A stretch of DNA of 64,000 nt from positions 3,906,001 to 3,970,000 of the forward strand of contig OZ076418.1 of the NCBI GenBank assembly GCA_964187785.1. The letters are read 5' to 3'. Positions within the stretch are counted from its first letter, which is position 1; every line of letters begins with the position of its first letter. This DNA comes from Amphiscolops sp. MND2022 (Eukaryota). Positions 13,201 through 27,307 of the stretch are shown in pieces. The position numbers were made by a program, and so were the translations under genes. The notes under the pieces were generated by a model. That model was not told the DNA's origin and ran no database searches. It saw nothing but the letters and a program-made list of their open reading frames with translations.

Positions 13201-13959
13201 TTTCCAGATACATGAACAACTATAACCACTAACTTAAACAACCACCTTTGCTCAAATATTGAAAGAATATACCTCCTTCAATCGAACTCCCAATCATTAC
13301 CCTCTCTCAACTCTTTCGAATTCTTTATTTAGCATATATTATTCTGTTATACAATTTTTTTATATACATACGTCCGATGGCATACCCATCTTTCACCTCA
13401 TAATGTTACCTTTCCCTATCACCCATATGTTCGTCTAGAATCCAGTGTACTTGTCTCGCATATTATGGTATCTTAATTTGTATTCATAACGTAATTTACT
13501 TTTTAAAAAATTGTGAAGCACTTTTGATTTAGACTCCCTTCTTCAGAAGGAACAATAATCTTCTTACACAGTTGCTCTTTAGATAAGACCCAATACTGAT
13601 GCTGCAGCTCTGTTAGGGTCTTTGGTAAGTTACTTAATCGACGCCATCCATCTCGATATAAAAGAACATTACTTTCTAAGATGAATATGATAAACAAAAC
13701 AGGTACTTCAGTTTTTTGATGTTCCTTGTGAGCAAAAAACCCTTTTGAGACAACTTATGCCTTTCCAGACTTGTTTATTTTTCCTAAAATTCCAGAACTT
13801 TGCGATACTTTCAGTCAAAAAAGCCTTTTTTGTGTCCTAAAGGTTTGACTTTGAAAATTTTGAGGCAGTGTGAGATTCCTCATTTCACAATTTGAATAAT
13901 ACAAACAAAACTGGAGAGAGCAGGAACCGTTCAAAAAATTACAGAAAAGATGTTCTTAC

Positions 13960-14252
13960 CTGATTGGTTTTGAGATGGGGCAGACAAGGAGTTCGCAGCT
14001 GAGTCTGAATTCGGGTCCATTGTACTCGAGCAGCTTCAGATAATCCAGGGGTTGGATGGAGAGCGGGAAAGACAACAAGGAATCCTCGCTTTCTGAAGGA
14101 CATTGCGATAAAGATGGACTTATAACAAGCGAAGTTAGTAATAGTAGCGAAAATTGGTGACGAAAAGTATTGGACAGGGATAATATCCCACGTAACGACG
14201 GGCCATAACTCATTGCAGTATTGGTCATTATTGTAAGTAATAAATACGAATA
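13960..14252 (-). CDS. Possible isolated host exon, product unknown
   Basis: Bounded by gtgtgtttctag| acceptor and CAG|gtaag donor; two frames are open across it; no recognisable domain. Confidence 0.3.
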
Positions 14253-15199
14253 CTAGAAACACACGTCTGAGTACAAAAACAAAAAATCAGGATTTTTGTG
14301 GCCTCAAGAAATGCATTCAAGCGTAGCAGTAAAAATAATGAAGAATTGAAGCTCGTTTAATAAAGTGTGCTATATAATTAATAATTGATCTGATGGATAA
14401 TCAATTGGCCGCAGTTTTCAAAAGCGGCGAAAGTTGAACAAATTTATTTTGAAAAATCAACCCAGTGTGATTCAATTTGTGTGCTACTTTACTCTTATAA
14501 TAATTTCAGACTCAGATTTGTCACTTCAGGATTTCAAAGTTTCACTTTGTGATAGAAAGAGGACAGTGGCGAACCCTTGATTTCAACAACGGTGTAAAAC
14601 TAAGAATCCACCTTCAGATCGACCCTACAAAAGTTTCCTATTCTCAAACTTGGCGAAACTAGAAATAATGAGTGATTAAATTAGCAAACCGCGTCTCTAC
14701 CTAAACCAACAACTGCAGACGCTGGTAGGCGCTAGGGCTCGAATATTTGGGGTTTTTGGGCTAATCGGGAGGTTTGAACCTTAACTTAAACAAAGATCAG
14801 AATCAGAGATAAGTGACGGATACTTTTGAGGACGCTTCGAAATGTTACAAATTTAACAATTGGTTTGAGGCTCTCCTTCGTCAGATGTCTTCCTTTTAAT
14901 ATCTTTCAACATCTCATTTGGAGATATTGAATGGGCGTCAAAACATCAGTTGACTGTGATGTTGAGTTGGAATCAGCAACTTGTAAACTCGAGTTAGGTT
15001 AGCAGATCGTTTTGAACAGTATTTGCGCTACAAATACATTCAGTTTACACATCTGGTCGAGAAGTGGGACAGTTTAGCCTTGCCCTCCGAAGAAACAGGA
15101 CACGATAAAAACTAGTAACACTAAGCTAGTTTTGTAAGTGTTGTATCTTGTGAAATAAGATAAGAACAAGAGTAGTGCTGAAGAATCTATTCCAATCGG

Positions 15200-17200
15200 T
15201 AAGCGTATTTTAAAGGTTAATGAATAGGTCAGCACAGTATCGAGCAGTACCATCTTTGACAGGTACTAAAATGTCATTGCTACTGTTTATAGTATACATG
15301 TACATTACTGCATGAAGTGACGTCATGCCACATTCCCCCCTCTTTAGGAGATAACTACATGTATAAACGTAAATGAACAATGCAATATTAAACTCAAACT
15401 TCAAACGGTAATGATAGCTCCGAATGGTCCAAATGTTTATGAATGTTTTTATACGGTTTGTTCCGTATAATCTTCTTCTTCTTTCCTTTCCGAATTTTCT
15501 TTCTTTAAATCTTCCGGTCGTTTCGTCGTGACTCTTTTACTGGTTATCCTCTGCGCTCCATTTGTTAACGGTGTTACCTGTGATAGTCAGAACGTGATTG
15601 GATTACCGTATTTCTTCATTGGACTTGTTGATCTTAGTCTAGTTGACTTTCGTATATTTTGTTCGTTTCGGTTTTCGATTTCTTCTATGTTTTCAGTTTT
15701 TATTAAATCATCATTACCGTTTTGGTCCACTACTGTAATCACGTTCAGGTCGTCTTCTGTGGTTGGTGTTGCATTTATTTCCATTCGTGGTGTTGGGGTT
15801 GCATTTGCTTTTCTGTCTCTTATCAATTTTCTTAGGCCTCTGCCGTACACTGGGCTAATTGTTGTATTTTCTATTTTAAGTGTTTTGTCCAGTACGTTTT
15901 CCTCTAGTACTGGTGTACTACATCTTTCTGAGTGTTCTGCCGTTACGTCTAGGTCCTCTGTGTCTTCTTCCAGTTGTCCTTGTTGTAAGAATCTTCCATC
16001 TTTTCCCCGTCGTGAAAATGGGTTCTGAAATATTGGGTTCAATGGTTTGCTTATTCGTTTTCTATGAATTATTTTGTTTTTATCGGTGATTATTGTGTGT
16101 TTTGTTCCTGCCACCGCGGTTTGTGGTTTATTTTCGTATGCACTTTCAACTTTTTCTTTGTTCTGTTTTTTCTCAAGAAATAAGTATGGGATTTTGTTAC
16201 TCACGTCCTTTAGTTTTCTTGCGGCTTTCATTACCAATTGGTCGTAAGCTCCGTTCCCATTGGTAAATGTGTGACGTGTAGTGTCTCCGGTCTCGCTGAA
16301 ACAATGTAATGTTTATTTGGTGACAAAATTAAATAGTTATGAATTTCCGTTCGTGTGTTTCTGCCATAATGGCGTTCAAATGGTGTTTCGTTTATGCTAG
16401 ATTAGACGGTTGTACTTATTACGTTTAGTGAACGGCTTAGTGCTTCGTTTTTGTTGTAGCCTTATTCTAGATTCGTTCTGAGATATTCTTTTAGCGTTCT
16501 AATACCTTTTTCTACCAATCCGGATGGTATGTGTATATATGGTGTTCCATATATTAGCTTTATCTTCAGAGATTTTTAAATTTCTCTAAATTATTTCCAG
16601 TAAAGGCGGGGCCTTTATCTGTTCTGATGGTTTGTGGTAAACTATTTAGTGTAATATATTGTTCCAGGAAGTTTTTTGCTGTTTTTCCAGTCGGGGCTTC
16701 ACAAATGCACGCGGCCGGCCATCTGCTGTACCGGTCTATATAAATTAATATGTAAAATCTCCGGTGCTCAAATCTTATTGGTCCAATGAAATCCAATTCG
16801 ATTTCTTGATTTGGTTTCTCTACCGGTGGTAAGTAATTAATCTCAGTCATTGGTAATTGTGGTTTAATGTTCTTACCTGCCATTTTGCACGGAATACATT
16901 CGTCACATTTTTGTTGTACTTCCCGTGTTTTTCGTAGCCACCAGAATGGTTTTGCCGCTGTCGTCATTTTGTTATATTGTTTTGAAATTTCCGACCCCGT
17001 GGTATCGGAACCCAAGAACAATTTGGCTCGGGAAGGAGACACTTATGGGGATTTTCCCTAATACTGATGGTTTGTCTTTGTTAAAAGTATACGTTGACAG
17101 GTATCGTCTAGAATTGCAAAAATTGGTGGGCCAAAATTGAAATAAGCTCTCTGACGTTCGGACATCAGAAAGCGACGAAGAGCCGAAAAAATCCAAAACT
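15200..17200 (-). mobile_element. Gypsy fragment: integrase, C-terminal tail, PPT and start of the 3' LTR
   Basis: FWWL..CDECIPC, ELDFIGP, YIDRYSRW, RTDKGPAF in 16566..17042; tail ending STRLRST in 15587..16237; PPT followed by TGTGGCATGAC. Confidence 0.85.
15333..15345 (-). promoter_or_regulatory. Polypurine tract
   Basis: Minus strand AAAGAGGGGGGAA immediately before TG (15332-15331), downstream of the integrase ORF. Confidence 0.75.
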
Positions 17201-19199
17201 GCAAGACTGACGGTGCTTTATACCCAACGGGCACAGCTAATTCGAGACTAAATCATTTGCTACACCTAGTGTAACAACGCGTTGGCCCTATTTTACCTGC
17301 AGTATCGTTACTTGGAGTGACTCATAATCAATTTGCAAAAAAGTCGTGAAAACACCGTTTTTTTTTTCAAAAATAGTATAAGTACCAGATCGGAACCGCA
17401 AGTAAGCCTGCGCGCTTCTATCGGACCTTAGCAACAGCATTGTGGGGGTTTGCTGGCAGTAAACACCAAGCTTGCTGTCGATTGGTACTGTATTCGTTGA
17501 GAAATTGTTGAAAAGCTACCGCACAAAAAGGTGCGCAAAAGTCGGTTTTTTCAAAGTTTTTTGGAAGAGCCGGGGTACCTCAGCCGAAAAGTGGCGTCAA
17601 AATGCTGCACATCATTGTAACTAGTGTTGATTGTTGTAACTAGTTGCCGAAAATGGCCAGCTTGCTAGCTCTTCGCAGTGGACCGGGAACTTGGATTAGA
17701 TGTGAAAAACAGTGCAAATTGGAACACAGTGATACCGGACATCAGTAATTTGCTGATGTTTCACCTAGTCACCCTGGCCCAAATCAATGAATAATACCGT
17801 GTATCTCAGTTTACAAGTAAATGTGTGGGGGATTCTGAGTCCAATCCTGCGTTTCTAGCGAGAGCGCTAGACACTTTTGTTTTTTGAAGGAATCAGGAAA
17901 CCCAAAAAAATACGAAAGAAGTTCTGATTAGTAACTGGAGCCTAGTATCCCATTTCTGCACTCACTTTTCAAGTCGTGCCTTGTTCTCGAAATGATGTAA
18001 ACTTTTCAGCGCGCAACGACCCTTGGGACCATTTTCGACACTTCTCAGACATGCTGATTCAATGTTTCAGTTTAAGGTTTCACCGAGTCGCAAACTGGAA
18101 AATTGGTTAAATTCCAGCTCCACCTCTTGAAAACCTGTGGAACGCCCCTAGTGTGAATTGCTAGTCATTAATTCAATGCTTCACGTTTAAATTTTATTGT
18201 GATATCCTGTGAATGGTAACGAGTAATCATTTTTTGGATTGTCGGCGCACCTTGTTTAAAGTTATGGTTGCAATGCTGTGGACCATTATTGTTAGTGTCA
18301 GTTAGTGCGCTGTTGCCGAACAAGTAAACTTGCTAGCTCAGCACTGTGGAGGACCGTCTTGGATTGCTCGTGAAAAATCGTGTCTCCCAAGACATGGTGA
18401 TACGGAACGCCTGTGCCGCATCTGAAACTCATCGAATTGTCTGATCCCCAATTGGTGATTATTGCAGTGTGGCTGGCTATATGTCGGTTCTGAGTCCGAT
18501 CCTACGTTTCCAGTGTTTGATCGAGCCATTTGAATGTATTTCGAGAAAGTTGAAAAATTCCAGAATCGCTGAAAAATGGTCTAATCTTGTAGCTGGAGAT
18601 ATTCATCAGCTTCGGGAGGTCATATTTCGAACTTGTGTGACTGACAAAACTTGGCGAGGGGTTCCATGTCTGGTACAATTGATAAAACTGAAATTGACTG
18701 TTCTCGGACACGCATTTTGACAAAATCGCCAGTAAACCTATAGAAAAACGAATCTATAAAACCTTAAAACTTGCGCTGTACAGCAGGCAGAGACAAAAGG
18801 GCTTCCATTTCCAACCAAAGAGACCTGTTAGGTTTTCCTGGGTGCAAACGAGGCAAATCATATGGTTCAGAAGACTACCAATAAGGGTCATAAAATTTTG
18901 ACTCCACTAGAACTTTGGTAAATCTTGTTCCCGGTAAACACCAAATCGGAGGTTTTAAGTGCCTGCGATGCACTTCTGACTAACGTTTCCGATAATAAAA
19001 CCTCAAAAAAGTACGTTGTGAGCCCGAGCAGGGTTTGTGATATCCGATATCCAAGTTCAACCCTGAGGAATCCAGCTCAACCAAAATCGTGAGATTTTGG
19101 TAGAAGTAAAATCTATGCGACTAAAAAGTTGACCAAGTTGCCGAGTGTGAAACCTTTCTGGCAGCTCTGGTACCCTTAGTCGATGTTATTTTGCAGAGT

Positions 19200-21300
19200 C
19201 AAGTAATACAAGCACCGAATATCACGTCTGCTTTGCAGAGAACAATTTTGGCTAATTACAACACATCCACATTCCATGAGGTGATGGGTAATAGTAAAGA
19301 TGCTGGAAGCAATCTGAAGCTGAAATGAAACGCTCGAAGACTTTTGAAGGACTCCCTTGCTTTTCGAGGGGGGTGGGGGAACCAGTGCAGCACACCCGAC
19401 CGATAAACCAACTGGGGGAGACTGGCTTTTGGAGGATAGGTTCAAAGTTGTCTCCGATTTTATAGAGTCAATGCAATGTAACTCGCGAGTTACCGCATCG
19501 GAGAGGAATACAAGAGCATCGAGGTTCAGTTCATCATCGCCGAGAAGATTATTTTTGAAAGAGCAGTATGAGCGATTTGAGCAAAGGCTGAATTGCTGGC
19601 GATTAGTGCTGTTATGCCATTGCACCCTTGCCATAGCATGAAAGTGTCAAAACCAAACTACCGAACGAAACCAAGAAAGGACCGATGATAGCATCTACAA
19701 AAGATGGGCGTTGCATATGTTACCTTTTTTTTTATATTGGTGACTATGGATTGCTCGACAGCAACCTCTGCACAAGTGGTACGAAAAACGAACTGATAGT
19801 AAACTCACCCTCCACTTCATTAGCAAAAAAGGAAGAAGAGGTACCGTCAACTCCAGATTTTTAATCTGCAACAAATTGCGGACGAGCGTTCTTTTTGCCA
19901 ATGGTGTGTTGGAAGCTGAAACAGCATCAGCACCAAACCTCCTTGAAGCTATCGAGAACTTCAGCTATCGATAACTCCAATGTAATCGGTTTGCAATCCT
20001 TACTTCCAAGCAACAATGTCCCTGATATCAATTTTTTGTTGCTGCCGAAATAAAAGAAAATTTATTGAACCAGGTGCTGCTAAACGTTTTGTTTATTCCG
20101 ATGAACGCCAGTCTTCACGAGAGAATTGCCTGGTGGTTCATCTAAACTTCGACCAGCTTGACGTGGACGTGGTCGACAACCGCCCACTTCCTGTGAACAC
20201 TCGTGGCAAGAAGTGCTTCTTCGCCAGTATGATGGACGTCACCGTGGCCGTCCACAACCCTCACGCCTTCTACTACCATGGTCGCACCGACCAAAGAGAC
20301 ATAAGCGTTGTCCTCCGCCGAAGAATTATCCCAGACAGACTCAGTCTCCATTATCTTCTCCAGACTTTCTGATACTCGCTGCTTGATACGTTTTGGTACC
20401 AGGCGTTGCTACCGCATGGTGATACCCCTCTATTCCAAATCAAATCACTTTTTTTCATGGGGGAGTGGGTTGTCATCAACGCCCATTTTATTCACGTCGA
20501 TCTTTTGTTGGTCATTGCTATCTTCGTATTAGGAAGGCTGTCCAATTACTAAGGTCCGGGGAGGCAACTAGGGCACAGGAACCCTGGTTGAGGATAGTAA
20601 CACCCCCGTCAACCTCATTTCAAATGGACAACGCCCGGAGGGTATCACAACGTTTGGTGATGACACTTGCCAGTGTGACGCGCAATCAAACAGTTGTGTT
20701 TCAAAACGTTACTTGTAGTCAAAAAACGTCGTGAAAATTTTGTTTCTCTGCCTATTTGAGAAGCATGGTTCAGAGTATCTCTATAAATGTAACAACTTGA
20801 CAAAAAATGCGGACCGCGCGTGCTTCAAATATCTGAAATGGAAGATTTCAACTTTGCCTAGTTTACTCAAGTGCTTACTTTCACGAGCAGTTCGTAGTTT
20901 GCTTTTGATGCGATCCTTATCAGATACTACTGAACTCTATAAATGTGTGCAGCTGCACATCAGTGACTGTTGCCCAAACCAAGCTGAACTGTGAACAAAA
21001 AGTATCGAGAAACAGCTTGTCTTCTTTTTAAACAGTGGTTGTTCCGCTGAGAAGAAGTTTTAACAAAAACCACTTTTAACTTGGCTGCAAAATGAAAATT
21101 TACTGCCGTGGAAAAGAAGTTCTTGACGAGAACCGCGTGCACCGCGGAGCTCAAGAGCTAGGTAAAAGAAATTTCAATTTTCCAAAAACAAAATGCTAGC
21201 AAATTCAGATTCAAGTCTGATGCAGGCTCTGTGGATGGCAAGAAGCAAGACCTCAATGTTGCCCAATCAGTGAAAGATGACAGTGCTACTGCAACCTTGC
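19200..21300 (-). mobile_element. Highly decayed BEL/Pao-like pol remnant
   Basis: Scattered minus-strand motifs in BEL order: DVQLHTF (~20950; cf. VELHGFSDAS), HHTGEEALLATS..KWAV..VKLV (~20200; integrase zinc-binding region), CCRAIH (~19750; cf. TRAIHLE). Many stops. Boundaries approximate. Confidence 0.5.
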
Positions 21301-21376
21301 AACATCAGTTTGAACTCACAGCGTTGCACAGATGATATGGAGATCTTTTCAATGCCAGCATCTCCGCATGACAGCT

Positions 21377-21713
21377 CGAGGAATTACGTAATGGCACCCT
21401 CTGGTGCAGCAAAATCAGCCAATTTCGCAACTTTGACATGTTCAAAATCTTTGTCAAAAATCTAATGTGTGACGTGGCACTGAGCATGAGAATGCTCTTT
21501 TTGCTGTTTTCGACATTTTCAATGCAAAACGAAGTCGAGAGGAGAAGCCCGAGGAATGACGTAACGGTACTCTCTGATGCAGCAAAATCAGCCAATTTCG
21601 CAACTTTGACATGTTCACAAACTTTGTCAAAAATCTAATGTGTGACGTGGCACTGAGCATGAGATTGCTCTTTTTGCTGTTTTCGACATTTTCAATGCAA
21701 AACGAAGTCGAGA
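21377..21713. repeat. Direct tandem repeat, 173-bp period, two copies
   Basis: cgaggaat(t/g)acgtaa...gcagcaaaatcagccaatttcgcaactttgacatgttc...gaagtcgaga starts at 21377 and 21550. A related motif (gcgtgacgtggcattgag) occurs near 32440. Confidence 0.85.
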
Positions 21714-23670
21714 GCCGACCGAGCGAGAACACCGAGGTGGCGTGAGAGCCCATATAAACTGGGAAAACTAATAGAAAGACACTTTTCGTTGCAAATATCT
21801 TTTCGCCTAAAGATTTTTTGCTGTTGGAGTCCCTGCGCCCCAACTTGTAGCTGTGTGGTTTGCCAAATTTATGCGCGCTTTGATGTATTTTCAAAGTTTT
21901 TAGCTGTCTTTGCTAGCCCGAGAGCCAGGTTTTGGCAGTTTTAGATACTATTCCCAATTTTAGATATTGTTCCGATGTCACCCTGATACTGGAAATTTAC
22001 ATTATTCTTCGCCTTGTTCTCATGTGCTAGTTAAGCGGTGGTCTTCAGAGAGTCAGGAAGATGCCCGTTACTATTAGCAATCAAAGACTGGGACCGGTTG
22101 GACAGTATTCGTCGAAACACCCACGATCCTGGGACGTCTGGGACGTATTTCACCCCCGGAGGCAAAATGGATCTGTGGCGATTCACCCATTTCTGCAGGT
22201 TCCTTCAGCTCTGTTAAGGCGTTAAGCGACCGATAGCAGCTTGCCGTTCCATTACACTTTGGTGTGCTTCATTCACTTAGTTTTTCGGGATTCGTCGCCT
22301 CAATTTGAGCTCGACAATGTATTGAGTAAGACCATTTTTCCTACTTTGGTTTTTATGAATTCTTGAAACTACGTTTTCAACATAACTTTTGAGCCATAGT
22401 TTTTGTCTACTCTGACACTTGTATCATTTCGTTCCTCAGAATGTACAAATGAATCAATATTTCTCATTGCGACTTTAACTCGCATCCATATTTTATGTTT
22501 CAAGTCATGTTTTACAAGCAACTCAAAACACTTCGACTAAATGGCTAAGGATCATAATTCCTAAAAACTTCTGACCCAAAAGGTCATGTCAGCTCAAAGT
22601 GCCAAAATGGCAAGCTTTCCATTATTCAATTACGGGGATAAAGCAGGTAGTTTTGTTTGTCACATGTAACCAAAACAAAGTTATGTGGCCACCTGAAACT
22701 GAAAGTGCAATTGAAGGGCTAATTGTTCCTTGGAAGCTGATGACTTCGAATTTACACTCTTTCATAGTGAAAATCGGACATAAAAGAGATGTGTTAAATT
22801 TTTGAATCTGAGGTTTGGCAAAAATCTCAACTTTGGATTGCCGTACTTGCTGACATTAACAAACCAACATGAAGGCTCGTATAACGTGTAAGTCCAAGCG
22901 ATTGAACGTTTTGAACACTTTAGAAGCTTAGTTTTTGGTTACACTGAACTTTGATTGCATCAATCTCCGCTCTGTGTCATTCCGGAAAAAACATTTTTAA
23001 CAGTTCTGTAGCCAGTATATTTGGGCAAAGTCTAGCAAATTCAAAGTTGTTATCGTCCGTGTTCATTCCGTATTCCTTCCAGCGGGGGTGATGCAGTATT
23101 AATGCTGCTATGGGCATTCGTTGAGCAATAAGCGATAATGAGCAAAAAACTGATGATTTGGCATTTTTTGAGTTTCGACGTTTGTTGGTCTCGTTCTCAA
23201 ACATGACTCTCAATTATCGGTTTCTAATTTAGTCACACTAAGACATTCAGCAACAATTCTTATGTTGGCTTCTTCCAAATCTTTTCAGACATTTTCAGCG
23301 CTGACAGGAAACTTTAATCATAAGTTAACTTCAGAATTAGAGCGAAAACAACCATTTTTAATATCTTTTTCACAGCGTTCTCGGTTTTGGAAAATCAGAT
23401 TTCGAACTTTACACTCTCTTTCGGAAAAATTATCGAATGCCAGAAACAGGTTGTTGTGATGTTTTCATCTTCTCATTTGTGATTTAGTTAGAATTTAAAG
23501 ATGTCTCTCGGTCACGTTTCAGTGAGTTCATTCAATGCTCACTGCTAACAATTGTGTTTACCCATCGAACTAGTGTATCGACATGTATGTAATCTAGTCG
23601 TACTTATATCTGTAACAGTTACCGAGAAAATCCATGTCAAACTTCTTTCCAGTTCATAAGACATACACTA

Positions 23671-24845
23671 TAGTTCCAAAATGTTGAGTACGGCAAATAT
23701 GTTTTTAAGAAGCTACAAATCCAACAAAACCAAGATAAACTCAACAAAATAATAACAACTGTATTGAAGCAGCCTTCTCAGAATCGGGAAATAGGTCCAT
23801 TACTATCAACAACTGCTTTCAGACGGTCAGGAATGCTGTCATATAATTTTTGAATGGTCACTATATCAATCGAATTCCAAATTTCTTCAAAATTTTCATC
23901 TAAATTCTCCCACAAAATTGTTTGTTCTGCAAGCCTTCTCTTTACAATAGCCCGAAGTCTCTCAAGAATATTCAAATCGGGACTGTAAGGGGGCCAATCA
24001 AGGACTTCCCACTCGTTTTCAAGGAAAAAATTATAAGTGATGCCGTATGAACAGATGCGTTGTCTTGTTGGAACACCAAACCTGGAAAAGGCATTTTTTG
24101 TTATAACGGTTCAGAATATCGAGATAACTGATGCTGTTCAGCGTATTCGGACATCTGATCGAATTGCGCCCCCATGCTTGATAGAACGTCGGTCAGTTGA
24201 CGCATTCCTCATTTTTCTCATGATATCGAGTGTTTTTTCTGCGGAAAACTCGAACTATTCCGTCACTAGTGAGCTTTACACAAGTTTCGTCTGTAAATAC
24301 CACGGAATACTCGGCGCGTTTTTTTGTTCATTTGTTTGGACCATTTTTTCAAAAGTTTGCAGAGTTGTTTTTGATCGTGATCTTCTTGGCCGCAATTCTG
24401 CTAAAAACACCATGTTTCTTCATTATTCTTCTCACAATTGTTCTTGATAAAAAATCTTTAGTGGAAAGAGAATTGTATTTCACCCGAATTTTCTTAGGAC
24501 TTGTCTTGGGGTCTTTCAATACATCCCTCACCAATTTTTTCTCGGTTTTTTCCGATAATTTTGGTGGCCGACTAGTTGATTTTTTCGGCAAATAACTCTT
24601 GGTTCTGATATAACGTTTATAAACTGATTGAGCTGTCGATTTGGCTTTTAAACCTAGCTCATCATCTGTTTTTTGATGAGAAAGGCCTGCGTTTTTCAAT
24701 GTAACAATTTGACGAGCTAGAAAAGAATTCAACGGTGCTGGCATTTCCAATTTCTGATTATGTTTAAGGATTGAAACAATTGAAATGATTTCACGATCAT
24801 GAGATTTTGTTAGCAGTGAAAGCCGTACTCAACATTTTGGTACTG
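23671..24845 (-). mobile_element. Tc1/mariner (DD34E-type) DNA transposon, full length, transposase broken
   Basis: 24-bp TIRs (tagttccaaaatgttgagtacggc at 23671; gccgtactcaacattttggtactg ending at 24845), TA on both sides. Transposase motifs VVFTDET, FQQDNASVH, DWPPYSPDLNILE. Confidence 0.92.
23778..24750 (-). pseudogene. Tc1-like transposase
   Basis: N-terminal HTH-like region with RPPKLSE (24349..24750), catalytic motifs in shifted frames, C-terminus in 23778..23975. Confidence 0.9.
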
Positions 24846-27307
24846 TACTGTATATAGTTCTACATTAGTGATCTTTCTTAAACCAACAAAAGGCAAATTT
24901 CAAAATAGAATATCTCTAAAAAAGCAGCGATTTTTGAAAAATGATGAAAGTGAAAGTTTTTTAGATTTTTATTCAGTTTACAAATATGTTTATGTGAAGG
25001 TTATGCGATGAAAATTGTAGAAGTCTGATAGGCCATTTTTAACCAAATTCAGGTCAAAATTGAGGTTTTGCTCACTTTTAGTCAGTTTTTGCTTATAATT
25101 TTAAAGAAATTTTATGTGCAATCGACTCCCCTGATTTAACTGAAGCCCTTGGTATGATTTGATATAGAAATCATTCTACAATGGTGGAAAAAGCACGCTG
25201 TGAAATTACTTTTTCAAAAATACATGTATTAAAATATGATTCTAAACTTTATCATTTTAAAACATTGCTCATACTAATACAGTTTAAAAATATTCTCGAG
25301 AAAAAAATATAATGTCACATTCGAAATGTTTGGAAAATTTTTTCTGTCAAAATTATTTTGAATTCAAAAAATTGTAAGTGGGACAAAAATTCAAAAAACT
25401 AAAAAATGATGTTTTGGAAATTGCTCTCGACCAATGAAATGAGCGCGTGAGACCTTGATCAGCCAATGATATTTGCTCATTTTTTTCTTTCCGCGTGCTA
25501 TGTTGTTTCTTCAACAATCACTACTGTAGGTGGTGGCGGTGGTTTTACTGAGTTATGAAACATGAAGGCCGCTTTAAAGTAACTCAGGAACTAAGAAAGG
25601 GCTCTTTGGTTGTCAGGCCTGTTTGGTTGTCAAGGTTGTCAATCCGACTCGAGACAATAAGATTGACAATAAAAAAGGCGTCGCGGTTATTGAAGCACCC
25701 AAACATTTCGACTCATAAGATCTTATTCTTATTTGGCTGATGAACAAATCTCAATGAACATACATAAGGTGAGCGAAACACAAAAATCCTACATCAAGCT
25801 GGGGTTTATTTACTAGTTTAGATTTAACTTTTGGCAGTGATAGCAAGGATAAGAAATCCAAACTGCTTGGTAACGCGTTGAACTTGAGTTCTCGGAGTTT
25901 TAAATAAATCCAAACAGCACTCGATTTAGCACTAGAATACATACATCACCGAATTTAACAGGCTTCGTTCGCATAGTGTTTATTAGTGGATAGTTTGTGT
26001 CCTTCCGCTGGTCCGTTCGAGCATTGACCTTCGTTTTGGTTGCTGCATATGTTTCGATTGGCTAGTGGTTCTGTCATCTCACACTCAATCGCTTTTGCTT
26101 TCCGCTTCTTCGTGAATTTGGGTCATATCTAGCAAACGAGACTGCATTTCATTGATAAGGGGCTCAATGAGGGAAACAACCTTAGCAGGAACCTTATTAC
26201 TTGAACTGCCTTTGGTAATTTTATTTTTTTTTCAGTATTGCATAAATTTTTAGCACATACTGGATTAAGGCATTGAAACTGCAAGTTGTGCGCAATTGCA
26301 ATCTGCATATAGACTCTTCAATTCTCTTGGAACACTATCGGAGACACTAGTTTGCTGAGTAACTAGAGCTTGTTTACTAGAGGTTTCTTTTCTCCTGACT
26401 ACTTGGTGAACATCGAAATGATAATCATGGCTTAAAAACAGGACTAATGTAGAGTCTCTTATAAGTGCCTTTATTTTGAAACACAAGTTACTTTATTTTT
26501 GTTATGTGACGTTAGGTCAACGTCGACTTTAGTCAATCCAACCTGAAGGTGTTGTTTTTATCAACGAAACCTCGACAATAATTCGATGCTGATAACGTTG
26601 ATGTTGGATATAGAAACCATGGATTATTATTGTGTTGAAGTATTGTTCTTAGTTATAATGCACAATTGTTTACTAGACGAAAGAAAAGTCACCGTTTTGT
26701 TACTATTCAATGCCATTCAATGGGAATGAAGTTCATACTTTACGCTAAAATCATGAAATTGCGTATTTGATTACGTTTTAATTTTGTGAAATTCTCCTTT
26801 TTCAAGTGTATTTGTTGTTAAATGTTTAATTCTTTTGCTGGTGTAATTTTTCCTCTCCATCATCACCATGTCAAAGTTGCGAAAAACTTCTCCGCTGGGA
26901 ATTGTTTAAATGTTCACACTTACCGTGCCTTAGTTGTTGAGTTTCGAACGAACCTTAGTTTTACGGCCGTTTTGACGCAGTGTTGGGAAACATAGTCAGC
27001 TCAATAAAAATAATTAAAAGGTTTTCAACAAGTGTGACGCATGGTTGTGAACGAACGCACGTAGGAATCTTCATGCCTGATTTCAAGACTCCAGAATGAA
27101 CTAATATGATACAACAGGTGTTTTGTGTGAACAAGTCCGATTTTCCGATACCTACGAATTTTCGATAGAGGAACAAACTATGCTAGAAAAGGGTATAAAT
27201 GACTGTTTGTAAATATGAGCTGGGTTACGTTTGCTCTGTTTATCGAAATCATAACGATTTAGATGAAACATGCAATTGTCTTTCGAAACACTGTATTTTC
27301 CGCCAAA

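Noticed and set aside
14700-14800. tRNA or SINE suggested by a B-box-like GGTTCAAACC
   Set aside because: No A box or cloverleaf could be built.
17650-18450. Diverged internal duplication (about 17655-17760 versus 18330-18450)
   Set aside because: Too degenerate to define; probably internal repeats of an old DNA element.
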